Part shown: piece by piece, positions 16,185-25,047 of the stretch
Layout of the letters: each line of letters starts with the position of its first letter
Numbering within the stretch: position 1 is the first letter of the stretch
NCBI GenBank assembly: GCA_942493095.1
Contig: OW818675.1
Coordinates: 1,140,001-1,172,000 of the forward strand
Direction: 5' to 3'
Length of the DNA: 32,000 nt
DNA from: Candidatus Electronema halotolerans
Lineage (GTDB): Bacteria > Desulfobacterota > Desulfobulbia > Desulfobulbales > Desulfobulbaceae
The notes under the pieces: model-generated
Seen by the model: only the letters and a program-made list of their open reading frames with translations
Told to the model about the DNA's origin: nothing
Database searches by the model: none
Made by a program: the position numbers and the translations under genes

Positions 16185-18290
16185 ATGATCCTTGAACTTA
16201 TCCTTATCGGTTCCGCCACTGCGCATTGGCGGAAGCAAAGATATAAAGAAACTGATCTGGCAGAGATGCCAAAAAAGAAGACAGTATCTATTCAAGAGAA
16301 ATTCAATCCGAAAAAATTGGTTGAGCATATTAAATATGTTTTTACAAACGATGAATGTCAGCCTGTTGTTGCAAAACAAGCGGATACAGACAAAGCAATT
16401 GTCTCTGAAAATCCGTTTTTACAGAGTAATACATTGGTTGCTGCTGGAAATTTTGTCATGGCCCTGCTGGGAGGAATATCTCCACTGTTTATCCTGATGG
16501 CCGTTGTAGGAATTCTCTATGTCTCAAGGAGCATGCTTCTTCTTGCATTGCAAGACCTGAAGAATAGACGATATATGAGCATATTTGTCGTTGAATCCGT
16601 GCTTTTTATAGGCATGATTCTTACAGGTCATCTGATATTGGCAACCTTTTCTTCCCTTTTTGGTGATTCTATTGTTAAACTTATCAATAAAACTGAAGAA
16701 AGCGCCAACAAACAACTCGTCAATGTTTTTGGCAAGCATCCTGAAAAGGTCTGGCTGAAGAAAGATGGATTGGAAATTCAAGTTGATTTTGACAGCATCC
16801 AAGCTGGTGACACGGTTGTTGTCAGTGCCGGAGAGATGATCCCTGTTGACGGTCAAGTCATGGAGGGCTTGGCTACTGTTGATCAGCATATTTTGACCGG
16901 TGAAAGCCAGCCGGTGGAAAAAATGAATGGCGACAAAGTTTTTGCCGCAACGCTGGTCATTTCAGGCCGAATTCATATCTTGGTGGAAACAGCCGGCCAG
17001 AATACTGTGGCGGCGAAAATTGGCGATATCCTCAACAACACCAAGCAGTATAAAGACAAGCTCATGGCTCGCGGCCAAGAGATCACTGAAAGCCTGTTGC
17101 CGCTCCAGTTGAGCGTTTTTGCCTTCACTCTGCTACTGCTGGGCAAAACGTCGGCTCTTACTGTGCTCTGGACTGGACTGGGAACGACCATGGTGATGCT
17201 TGGACCGATAACAGTTTTAAATTATTTACGAGTATTTTCCAGAAACGGGATTTTAATCAAGGATGGACGGGTGCTGGAATCCCTGCATCAAGTTGACACG
17301 ATAGTTTTTGATAAAACAGGAACTTTGACAATGGAACAGCCGGAAGTGGGGGCAATTCACTGCCTGTCCGGCTGGGAGGAAGAGGAAGTTCTGCTCTGCG
17401 CTGCCGCTGCGGAGCGGCGGCAGAGCCATCCTGTGGCCAAGGCCATTTTGTCAAAGGCAGCCGCCTTTGACATAGGTCTGCCTGATTTGGACAGCGCGCA
17501 CTATGAAATGGGATACGGCATCAAAGTTCTTGTCAAAGGGAAGCGTGTCCAAGTCGGCAGCGCTCGTTTCATGCAGCGCGAAAACATTGCTCTGCCGGAA
17601 CAGGTGCTGGATATTCAAGAACAGGCTGAGGATGAAGGCTATTCTCTGATTTATGTGGGAATTGATGGTGAGCTGGCCGGAATTTTGGAAATGCGTCCCT
17701 GCATCCGTCCGGAGGCGGCGACTGTCGTGCGGCATCTGAAAGAGCGCGGCATGAAACTCTATATCATCTCAGGAGATCATGAGCATCCGACAAAAAAAAT
17801 GGCCGAACAGCTCGGCATGGATCATTATTTTGCCGAAGTTCTGCCGGAGCGCAAGGCAGAACTGGTGAAAACCCTTGCTGAAAAAGGACGTTTTGTCTGT
17901 TTCATTGGCGACGGCATCAATGATTCTATTGCTCTGAAATCAGCCCAAGTGTCTGTATCCATTCAAGGCGCGTCAACAGCAGCGACCAACACCGCTCAAA
18001 TTATTTTCATGGATGGAACGCTCAATCATCTACAGCAGCTCTTCCTCTTCTCTGATGAATTTGAAAAGACCATGAAGGTGAATTTCTACACCTCAGTGGT
18101 ACCAGGTGTGCTTTGCTTTGGCGGAGTGTATTTTCTCCATATCGGCCTGACAGCAGGAATGGGCTTGTTCTATGCAGGAACTGCGGCTGGTCTTTTCAAC
18201 ACTTTTGTGCCTGTTTTAAAATATAAAGACAAGGAGCTGGCTGGAAAATGCGGCAGAACTCTCTTGGAAGATCAAACAGCAACCAACTGA
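16185..18290 (+). CDS. P-type ATPase (P1B-like, lacks CPC motif), copy 2
   Basis: LTGESQPVEK, FDKTGTLT, SHPVAKAIL, GDGINDSIALKSA; pre-DKTG TM segment WTGLGTTMVMLGPITVLNYLR. Confidence 0.93.
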   Translation: MILELILIGSATAHWRKQRYKETDLAEMPKKKTVSIQEKFNPKKLVEHIKYVFTNDECQPVVAKQADTDKAIVSENPFLQSNTLVAAGNFVMALLGGISPLFILMAVVGILYVSRSMLLLALQDLKNRRYMSIFVVESVLFIGMILTGHLILATFSSLFGDSIVKLINKTEESANKQLVNVFGKHPEKVWLKKDGLEIQVDFDSIQAGDTVVVSAGEMIPVDGQVMEGLATVDQHILTGESQPVEKMNGDKVFAATLVISGRIHILVETAGQNTVAAKIGDILNNTKQYKDKLMARGQEITESLLPLQLSVFAFTLLLLGKTSALTVLWTGLGTTMVMLGPITVLNYLRVFSRNGILIKDGRVLESLHQVDTIVFDKTGTLTMEQPEVGAIHCLSGWEEEEVLLCAAAAERRQSHPVAKAILSKAAAFDIGLPDLDSAHYEMGYGIKVLVKGKRVQVGSARFMQRENIALPEQVLDIQEQAEDEGYSLIYVGIDGELAGILEMRPCIRPEAATVVRHLKERGMKLYIISGDHEHPTKKMAEQLGMDHYFAEVLPERKAELVKTLAEKGRFVCFIGDGINDSIALKSAQVSVSIQGASTAATNTAQIIFMDGTLNHLQQLFLFSDEFEKTMKVNFYTSVVPGVLCFGGVYFLHIGLTAGMGLFYAGTAAGLFNTFVPVLKYKDKELAGKCGRTLLEDQTATN

Positions 18291-18308
18291 AAACAAGGGG
18301 AGAAGAAG

Positions 18309-19268
18309 ATGAAAAGGCATGTTTCGTATGGAGTATTGGCTGTGCTGTGTGCAATGTCCTTCAATGCGGCGGCATTTGCAGAAGAGATGAAGCAGGAGGC
18401 GCAAACAGCGTCGGCTGATGAGGGCTGGCTTTCCAACGGGGCGGCACTTGGTGTTCCTTGGTGGACAAAGAATCCGAAAAAGCTGGCCTTTATTCCAGAG
18501 CCGCTTCTGTATCATGTTGAACTCAGTTATTCCTACTCCAAAACATCCGGCAATACAGATGTTGAGGATCAGTCTGGCTCAGGAACGCTTTACCTGCGGA
18601 AAAATATAGTCAGCAGCGAGACCTATTTCGATGTCAGCAAAAACGAAACCACGGACAATTTTTCCAGTGCTGACGCAGCCCCTTTTGTGGTGGAAAGTCA
18701 GACCTTCGGACAGGAACTCATCTGGTCCGTAACCGATGTCATCTCTTTGCTGGGCGGTGGTCTCTGGCGGGAGAACGATTCGCAGCGGTATATTGACAGC
18801 AGTCAGACGTACTATGCTGGCGCCCGCACTCGAGTGCTGGACACACCGCAATTCAACCTGAGCCTGACAGCCGCTTACGGCTATATGGACTCATCCTATC
18901 AAAACGACAGAATCACCGCTGTCTATAGTGATTTTCAGCCGGTTGACGACTACGACTCCGGGGTGCTCAATTTCAATGTTGATTTCCGCTGGATGATTAC
19001 GGACAAGATCACCTTTTCAGAGAGTGCGACCTATCTGCATGACATAGACAACACTGACTACTACTGGCTGAATTCAACCAGCAAGCTGGACTTTAAAATT
19101 ACTGACAATCTTTCTTTCTTCACGGAATACAACTGCATTGCCTACCAAAGTCCGCTGATTGAACAAGCGCAGGATTTCCTTGATGCCAAACGGGCGCAAG
19201 GAATCGCGGCTGGCGACATGGAGACAGTGACATCCAAAATCTCCGCAGGAATAACTGTCAGCTTCTGA
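18309..19268 (+). CDS. DUF481/YdiY-like outer-membrane beta-barrel protein
   Basis: Signal peptide; alternating beta pattern YHVELSYSYSKTSGNTDVEDQSGSGTLYLRK...; ends SAGITVSF with a terminal Phe. Confidence 0.65.
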   Translation: MKRHVSYGVLAVLCAMSFNAAAFAEEMKQEAQTASADEGWLSNGAALGVPWWTKNPKKLAFIPEPLLYHVELSYSYSKTSGNTDVEDQSGSGTLYLRKNIVSSETYFDVSKNETTDNFSSADAAPFVVESQTFGQELIWSVTDVISLLGGGLWRENDSQRYIDSSQTYYAGARTRVLDTPQFNLSLTAAYGYMDSSYQNDRITAVYSDFQPVDDYDSGVLNFNVDFRWMITDKITFSESATYLHDIDNTDYYWLNSTSKLDFKITDNLSFFTEYNCIAYQSPLIEQAQDFLDAKRAQGIAAGDMETVTSKISAGITVSF

Positions 19269-19283
19269 TCATTGTCATCTTCA

Positions 19284-19308
19284 GCGGCATTCTTTGCAAG
19301 AATGCCGC
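19284..19308 (+). promoter_or_regulatory. Hairpin, 11-bp perfect stem with TGC loop, between OMP and sulfotransferase genes
   Basis: GCGGCATTCTT-TGC-AAGAATGCCGC; no T-run after. Confidence 0.85.
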
Positions 19309-19366
19309 AAGCGGCTCTCCTGATCCGCTTTAAAATCGGCGGATATTTTTTCTTTTTTTGCCAATC

Positions 19367-20212
19367 ATGGACAATTCATTGTATGCGTTTGAAAATGTCG
19401 CGCAAAGGTATCAGCAGCTGCGGGCTGCTTACGGGGAACGTGACAGTGACATCTACATCAGCAGTTACACGCGCTCCGGCACAACATGGACACAGATGAT
19501 CCTCTATCAGCTGACAACTGATGGCAATATGGATTTCAAGCATATTTTTGATGTGTCGCCGTGGCTGTTTTATAATGCGCTTAGAGGAACAGAGCCTGTG
19601 CCGAGACCAGAGCCGCGCATTCTGAAAACGCATGATGACTACAGCTCATATTCAAAAGATACAAAAGGCCGTTTCATCTATGTGGTCAGGCATGGAATGG
19701 ATGTGATGGCTTCTTTTTATCACCATAGGGTGAACGTGAAAGGATTCACAGGAACATTTACTGACCACTTCAATGAGTTCATTTATGGCATGGAGTATAA
19801 TGGCCAGCCTTACAACTGGTTTGAGCATGTCAGAGACTGGCTGGAGAATAACAACAATCTCTTTGTCCTGCCGGTGAAATACGAGTCGCTGAAACATGAT
19901 TTTGATGATGCGATTCAGCGGATAATCCAGTTCTGCCGCATTCCGGCAACGGATGAAATACTTAGGCGCACCAAAGAACGGACCACCTTCGCCTTTCTCA
20001 AGCAGCATGAATTGCAGCTTGGCCCTGTCCCAAGCCAGTTCCGCAGGACAGGAGATGCGCCTTATAAAGTGAAAAACCAGCATCAATTCATCCGCAAAGG
20101 GCTGGTCGGCGAAGGTCGTTCCATGCTGACTCCGCGCCAGCAGGAAATATATTCGGCGAAATTTCAAGATACGCTTGGACATCTTGATTTTATTGCCGAA
20201 TATTGCGAATAG
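19367..20212 (+). CDS. Sulfotransferase-domain protein (PAPS-dependent family)
   Basis: 5' PAPS loop YISSYTRSGTTWTQ, 3' phosphate-binding motif FIYVVRHGMDVMASFYHH, C-terminal RKGLVGEGRSMLTPRQQE. ATG at 19367 preferred over the TTG at 19358. Confidence 0.88.
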   Translation: MDNSLYAFENVAQRYQQLRAAYGERDSDIYISSYTRSGTTWTQMILYQLTTDGNMDFKHIFDVSPWLFYNALRGTEPVPRPEPRILKTHDDYSSYSKDTKGRFIYVVRHGMDVMASFYHHRVNVKGFTGTFTDHFNEFIYGMEYNGQPYNWFEHVRDWLENNNNLFVLPVKYESLKHDFDDAIQRIIQFCRIPATDEILRRTKERTTFAFLKQHELQLGPVPSQFRRTGDAPYKVKNQHQFIRKGLVGEGRSMLTPRQQEIYSAKFQDTLGHLDFIAEYCE

Positions 20213-20283
20213 CTGTCTCTGTCCATCCAGCTCGGCATCACGGTCAGATGTCGGCATCTTCGCAACATTTTTTATTTGCGCAT

Positions 20284-20305
20284 TGCCTCCTGAAGACAGG
20301 AGGCA
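20284..20305 (+). promoter_or_regulatory. Hairpin burying an AGGAGG sequence just upstream of the third P-type ATPase
   Basis: TGCCTCCTG-AAGA-CAGGAGGCA, then GGAGA TTTTTTT GCA ATG. Confidence 0.65.
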
Positions 20306-20320
20306 GGAGATTTTTTTGCA

Positions 20321-22387
20321 ATGCTGATTGAAACCTTGCTTCTTTGCGGCGCGCTGTACGCATTCAGAAAAAAAGATGCGCCAGCATCATCTGACAAAGC
20401 AAAACAAACTGACAGTGCCGCTGCCACAGCGGCTGAACTGGAACTGGAAGAAACAGCGCCGCTGCCGCATGAGGATGACAAGTCATTTGTCGAGCAGGAC
20501 AGGAAGGTGGTTGCGCCAGAGCAGGAGATCAACCGAAAATTGATCATCTCCGGCATGTCAACAGCCCTTTGCGCCGGAGGAGCACTTTTTTCCTCTCCTC
20601 CTCTTGCTGTTCTCAGCCTTCCCGGCCTGTTCTACAGCAGCGCGGACATCTTCAAAAGCGCGTATCAGACTTTCCGCAAAGAGAGAAAACTGAATGTTGA
20701 CAGCACAATTGCGGTTGTCACTGTTGTCAGTGTCGCCAATGGCTTTCTCTTTGTCTGCAATCTGAACACCCTGCTTGCCATGACCAGCCGGAAGCTGCTG
20801 CTCAAGGTGAAAAATGACTCGCAGGACAGTGTCATTGATGTCTTCCGGCAGCAGCCGCAGACGGCATGGGTGCTGACTGACGGGATTGAGATTGAACGGC
20901 CTGTCGAGACACTGAAAGCGGAAGATGTGGTGGTGGTCAAGGCTGGCGAAACCATTCCAGTGGATGGATTGATCATTTTCGGCACAGCCTCGATTGATCA
21001 GCATATTCTGACCGGAGAATCGCAGCCTGCGGAAAAAGGCCCGAATGAGAAGGTCTTCGCCTTGACCCATGTCCTCTCTGGAACTATCCACATTTTAGTG
21101 GAACATGCCGGGCAGAAAACCACTGCCGCGCAGATCTGCCGCATTTTGAACCGGACCACCAATCTGAAAACTGACATGCAGTTATGGGCTGAAGAAGCAG
21201 GCAATAAAGCTGTTCCCGCCGCCATGCTGGTCAGCGGCGTGTGCCTGCCAGTCTTGGGCAGCGGCAGCGCATTGGCGGTGCTCAACTCGCACCCCAAGTA
21301 CAAGACCACAATAACAAGCTGCATTGGCCTGCTCAATTATCTCAAAATTGCCTCCAAAAAAGGCATCTTGATTAAAGACGGACGTGTTTTTGAACGGTTG
21401 AACCGAGTTGACACCATAGTTTTTGACAAGACAGGCACCTTGACAGAAAACAAGATGCGGGTTGATGCAATACATGTCTATGATGGATACACGGAAAATG
21501 GTGTTTTAACCTTGGCCGCCCTTGCCGAACAACGGCAGATGCACCCGATTGCCAAAGCTGTTCTTCAAGAAGCTGAGGCACGGAACTTGAATTTCTATGA
21601 AGCGGATGAGCGCGCCTATAAAATAGGCTACGGCCTTGTTGTCAAAAGAAAAAACAAGACCATTCGTGTCGGCAGTGTCCGCTTTATTGAATCGGAAGAA
21701 CTGGCAATTCCCGCGCAAGTTCATGCGGATCATGAACGATGCCGTGACTATGGCCATTCGCTCATTCTGGTGGCAGTCAATGACAGAGTTGTCGGCGGGA
21801 TAGAACTCCAAGCAGTGGTGCGGCAGGAGGTTGGCGAGGTGATCAAGGGTCTGCGGCAGCGCGGCATCAGCTCCATCTATATTATTTCTGGAGACAATGC
21901 CAGCTCCACTAAGCAGCTCTCGGCAGTTTTGGAAACCAACCAATGCTTTGCTGAAGTGCTGCCGGAAGATAAAGCTGACCTGATTGAACAGTTTCAGCAG
22001 GAAGGCCGGACGGTCTGTTTCATTGGCGACGGCATCAATGATTCCATTGCCTTGAAAAAGGCTGATGTCTCTATTTCGCTGCGCGGCGCGTCAACTGTGG
22101 CCACAGACACCGCGCAGATCATTCTGATGGATGAGGGCCTCAATCATCTCTGCGCTCTTTTTGATCTGGCAAAAGAATACGATGCAAATATGCGGATGAC
22201 ATTCAAAACAGTGCTCATTCCCCATCTGCTTGGTCTTGGCGGCGCATTGTTCCTCCATTTCAATCTCTTGCATTCTGTGATCTTGAATCAAATCGGCTTG
22301 GCTCTTGGAGCAGGCAATGCCATGCTGCCGCGCTTCAAGCATCAGGACAGAGGCGGTCACAAGGTGCCGCTCATGCAGGATGAGTAA
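20321..22387 (+). CDS. P-type ATPase (P1B-like, lacks CPC motif), copy 3
   Basis: LTGESQPAEK, FDKTGTLT, MHPIAKAVL, GDGINDSIALKKA; pre-DKTG TM region KTTITSCIGLLNYLK. Confidence 0.93.
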   Translation: MLIETLLLCGALYAFRKKDAPASSDKAKQTDSAAATAAELELEETAPLPHEDDKSFVEQDRKVVAPEQEINRKLIISGMSTALCAGGALFSSPPLAVLSLPGLFYSSADIFKSAYQTFRKERKLNVDSTIAVVTVVSVANGFLFVCNLNTLLAMTSRKLLLKVKNDSQDSVIDVFRQQPQTAWVLTDGIEIERPVETLKAEDVVVVKAGETIPVDGLIIFGTASIDQHILTGESQPAEKGPNEKVFALTHVLSGTIHILVEHAGQKTTAAQICRILNRTTNLKTDMQLWAEEAGNKAVPAAMLVSGVCLPVLGSGSALAVLNSHPKYKTTITSCIGLLNYLKIASKKGILIKDGRVFERLNRVDTIVFDKTGTLTENKMRVDAIHVYDGYTENGVLTLAALAEQRQMHPIAKAVLQEAEARNLNFYEADERAYKIGYGLVVKRKNKTIRVGSVRFIESEELAIPAQVHADHERCRDYGHSLILVAVNDRVVGGIELQAVVRQEVGEVIKGLRQRGISSIYIISGDNASSTKQLSAVLETNQCFAEVLPEDKADLIEQFQQEGRTVCFIGDGINDSIALKKADVSISLRGASTVATDTAQIILMDEGLNHLCALFDLAKEYDANMRMTFKTVLIPHLLGLGGALFLHFNLLHSVILNQIGLALGAGNAMLPRFKHQDRGGHKVPLMQDE

Positions 22388-22517
22388 CCTATCTTGACAT
22401 TGCTTTGTAATGCTTCAGTTTTTCTTGTCGGTGTGAAAAAACAGCACTGGGCGAGGGCGGCAGGGATTCACGATGCGACGATCATGGGGTCAGATACCTT
22501 GCCCGGTGAGCAGTGGC

Positions 22518-23480
22518 TCAACTCGCTTGTTTTTTCAGGCCCTGCCGCTGTATGAGCAGCCTGCGGGCTGTGCTGATCAGAAAACGGAAGGGATTGAAAC
22601 GGACTTGGTTGAGCTGGTCTGGGACAAGAAAGCCGTCAGCAGAAAACGCATCTGGCTGTTCTAAGGGAAAGCAGAGCTGGTTCAATTCTGCTCCGGGCAT
22701 TTGGTTTCGGCGGCAGGCAGCCAGCACTGGGCTGCGCTCCGGGGCCACGCCAAGGGTTTGATGCAGGGCCGCATCCAAGGCCACAGGATTGACAGATGCC
22801 GCCACCAGCCCCAGCGGGTATGGTTCTCCGTCAAGCGGGCCGCTCTTGTGCATGGCTGTTATGCCGTCCGCAAGACTGACAATTGGCGGCAGCAAAGCAG
22901 GAATCTGCACTATCTGGTTGAAGAAATCCTCCCCTGTAGCACCGCCATAGCGCATGTGCCACCATGCTTTCCGGGTGCCGATCACGCAGCCGAAGCAATT
23001 TTTCACTGCCAAGGTGAGCCGGGCTTGGGCATGAGCCTTGACTTTGGGCAGATTGAGCAGCAGGTCGCAGTCCAAGGCCGCCTCGGCCAGCACGGCCCAG
23101 CAGCCGCCCGGCAGGCGCACTTTTCTTCCTTGGCGGAAATTCCTGATCTCCACTCCAAGCGCAGTCAGCTGGTCAGCAATGCCCAGCGTCTGCAAGACCA
23201 TTCCAGCGGTGCCAAAGGCAGGCGAATCGCCAAGACTGACCTGCGCCCCGTGCTCAAGCAGCCAGCGGGCCGCTGCCAGCATGAAGACCGCCTCTGTGCA
23301 GGGCAAGGCACCGTGTTTGGCGGAAATCAGATTCGGCTTGAGCAGGACTTTGACGGAACGCAGGTTCGGCAGCTCCACAGCCGAAAGCACCCGTGCCACA
23401 GCTTGGTCAAGCTCTGGCCGGGCATAGCTGGGACAGCGGCTCAGGGCGACTGGGAATGGAGCGGTGGATTGCATTGGCAC
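22518..23480 (-). CDS. DUF362 domain-containing protein
   Basis: VLLKPNLI, LLNLPKVKAHAQARLTLAVKNCFGCVIGTRKAWWH, LADGITAMHKSGP. Confidence 0.85.
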   Translation of the reverse strand: MPMQSTAPFPVALSRCPSYARPELDQAVARVLSAVELPNLRSVKVLLKPNLISAKHGALPCTEAVFMLAAARWLLEHGAQVSLGDSPAFGTAGMVLQTLGIADQLTALGVEIRNFRQGRKVRLPGGCWAVLAEAALDCDLLLNLPKVKAHAQARLTLAVKNCFGCVIGTRKAWWHMRYGGATGEDFFNQIVQIPALLPPIVSLADGITAMHKSGPLDGEPYPLGLVAASVNPVALDAALHQTLGVAPERSPVLAACRRNQMPGAELNQLCFPLEQPDAFSADGFLVPDQLNQVRFNPFRFLISTARRLLIQRQGLKKQAS

Positions 23481-23852
23481 TTATTCCCTGCTGAAAAAAA
23501 GATACACCGCCAATGTAGCAAGAATGCTGGCAAAAATCTTTTTGAAATGGGCGGTGGAGATATGCTGGACCAAGGATGCGTCGAGCTGCGCGCCTGCAAG
23601 ACCGCCAAGACCCAGCACGGCACCGGTCTTGTAATCTAACTGGGCAAACTTATGATGAGCGAACAGGGCTGAGGCGGAAATGATCAAAATGGCGACAAAA
23701 GAGGTGCCAACAGCTTCCTGCGCCGCATAGCCCATGAAGAGCAGGAGCGGCACCATGAGAAAGCCGCCGCCCAGTCCCAGAAACGAACCGCAGATGCCCA
23801 CACCAGTGCCGGTGAGCAGCAGCAGCAAAGCTGTTGTTGTGTTCATTTCCAT
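23481..23852 (-). CDS. Half-size TauE/SafE family permease
   Basis: LLTGTGVGICGSFLGLGGGFLMVPLLLFMG and AVGTSFVAILIISASALFAHH, only 123 aa. Confidence 0.75.
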   Translation of the reverse strand: MEMNTTTALLLLLTGTGVGICGSFLGLGGGFLMVPLLLFMGYAAQEAVGTSFVAILIISASALFAHHKFAQLDYKTGAVLGLGGLAGAQLDASLVQHISTAHFKKIFASILATLAVYLFFSRE

Positions 23853-23910
23853 GTTCGGCCTGCCAGACGGCGGCTTGTCAGAAGAATGCCGCCGCCTGGC
23901 CAGGAAAAGT

Positions 23911-24582
23911 TCAGACTGTCAAATCCTCGCGCACCCGCTTTCTTGGCCCGCCGTGCCCGGCGGTTGACCAGTCGCGGATCGGGGCGGACGCAGTCAGTTC
24001 CTGCTGCCGTTTCAGCCGTCCCATGCGGTCATAGATGAGCTGCCAGACGCAGTCGGTATCAGGGTTGATCTCGCAGCGGCCATTGACCGAACCGCCACAG
24101 GGGCCGTTCATCAGGTTCTTGGCGCAGCGGGCCACCGGGCAGAGGCCGCCGGTCAGATGGAGAACGCAGTCGCCGCAGCCTGCGCACATTTCCTGCCATA
24201 CGCCCTGCTCGGCGGAGCCGCCGTAGAACGTGGTGTTCAGGGCCGGATAGACCGGCTCGTCAGGCCGCAGGTTGGCGATGAAGTTCACGCCCACGCCGCA
24301 GGCCGTCGAAAGAATGGCATCGTACTGACCTTTGTACTGATCAAGGCTGTCGATGTATTCCTTGTCGCACTGGCGGACTAACGAGCCGGTCAGCACCTCG
24401 GCATCTTTTTTGCCGATTTTTTGCAAGCCAAGACGGACTAACGAGGCCAAGATTTCCGCCTCGCGCTCCCCGCCTGCGGAACAGACCGTGACGCAGCCTT
24501 TGCAGGCCAGCACCAATATTCTGCCGCAGTCCTGCACCATGCTGATGATTTCATCCAGCGGCTTTCGTTCAGCAACTATCAT
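23911..24582 (-). CDS. Methylenetetrahydrofolate reductase C-terminal-domain protein (MetV-like)
   Basis: CKGCVTVCSAGGEREA, CAGCGDCVLHLTGGLCPVARCAKNLMNGPCGG. Confidence 0.85.
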   Translation of the reverse strand: MIVAERKPLDEIISMVQDCGRILVLACKGCVTVCSAGGEREAEILASLVRLGLQKIGKKDAEVLTGSLVRQCDKEYIDSLDQYKGQYDAILSTACGVGVNFIANLRPDEPVYPALNTTFYGGSAEQGVWQEMCAGCGDCVLHLTGGLCPVARCAKNLMNGPCGGSVNGRCEINPDTDCVWQLIYDRMGRLKRQQELTASAPIRDWSTAGHGGPRKRVREDLTV

Positions 24583-24607
24583 CTCAATATCTCTCCGAAA
24601 TAGGTGA

Positions 24608-25030
24608 TCAAGCCGCCTTGCGGCAGAAAGGACTCGGCCCCAGCCTGCGGATCAGCGCATCCATCTCCTCGCCTGCGGCAATGAACTCAGGATGCAGGCC
24701 GCGCTCAACATGGTACATGCGCAGACGGTCAGGCTCCACGCCCAGCTCGCTCAGGGCCTTGCGCACGGACGCAACCCGCTTGGCCGCCCGCTGGCTGCCT
24801 TTGACATTGTGGCAGCTGTGCGCCGGACAGCCGACCACATAAACTCCGTCAGCTCCGTCCTCAAAGGCGCGAAGCAGGTCTTTCTCCTCCAGCCTGCCGG
24901 TGCAGACCAGCCGGGTCAGAGTGATGCTGGCGGGAAAGTTCAAATCCCGCAGGACTGTGCCGCCCTCAGTGCAGCTCTGCTGCGAGGCGTAATGGCAGGT
25001 GAACAGACGTATGTCTGGTGTGAAACTCAT
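24608..25030 (-). CDS. Hydrogenase iron-sulfur subunit, MvhD/FlpD-like
   Basis: TLTRLVCTGRLEEKDLLRAFEDGADGVYVVGCPAHSCHNVKGSQRAAKRV. Confidence 0.8.
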   Translation of the reverse strand: MSFTPDIRLFTCHYASQQSCTEGGTVLRDLNFPASITLTRLVCTGRLEEKDLLRAFEDGADGVYVVGCPAHSCHNVKGSQRAAKRVASVRKALSELGVEPDRLRMYHVERGLHPEFIAAGEEMDALIRRLGPSPFCRKAA

Positions 25031-25047
25031 GAAATTGCTCCGCAGAT

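Noticed and set aside
22701-23639. 312-aa plus-strand ORF
   Set aside because: Antisense to the DUF362 gene; no recognisable motif.
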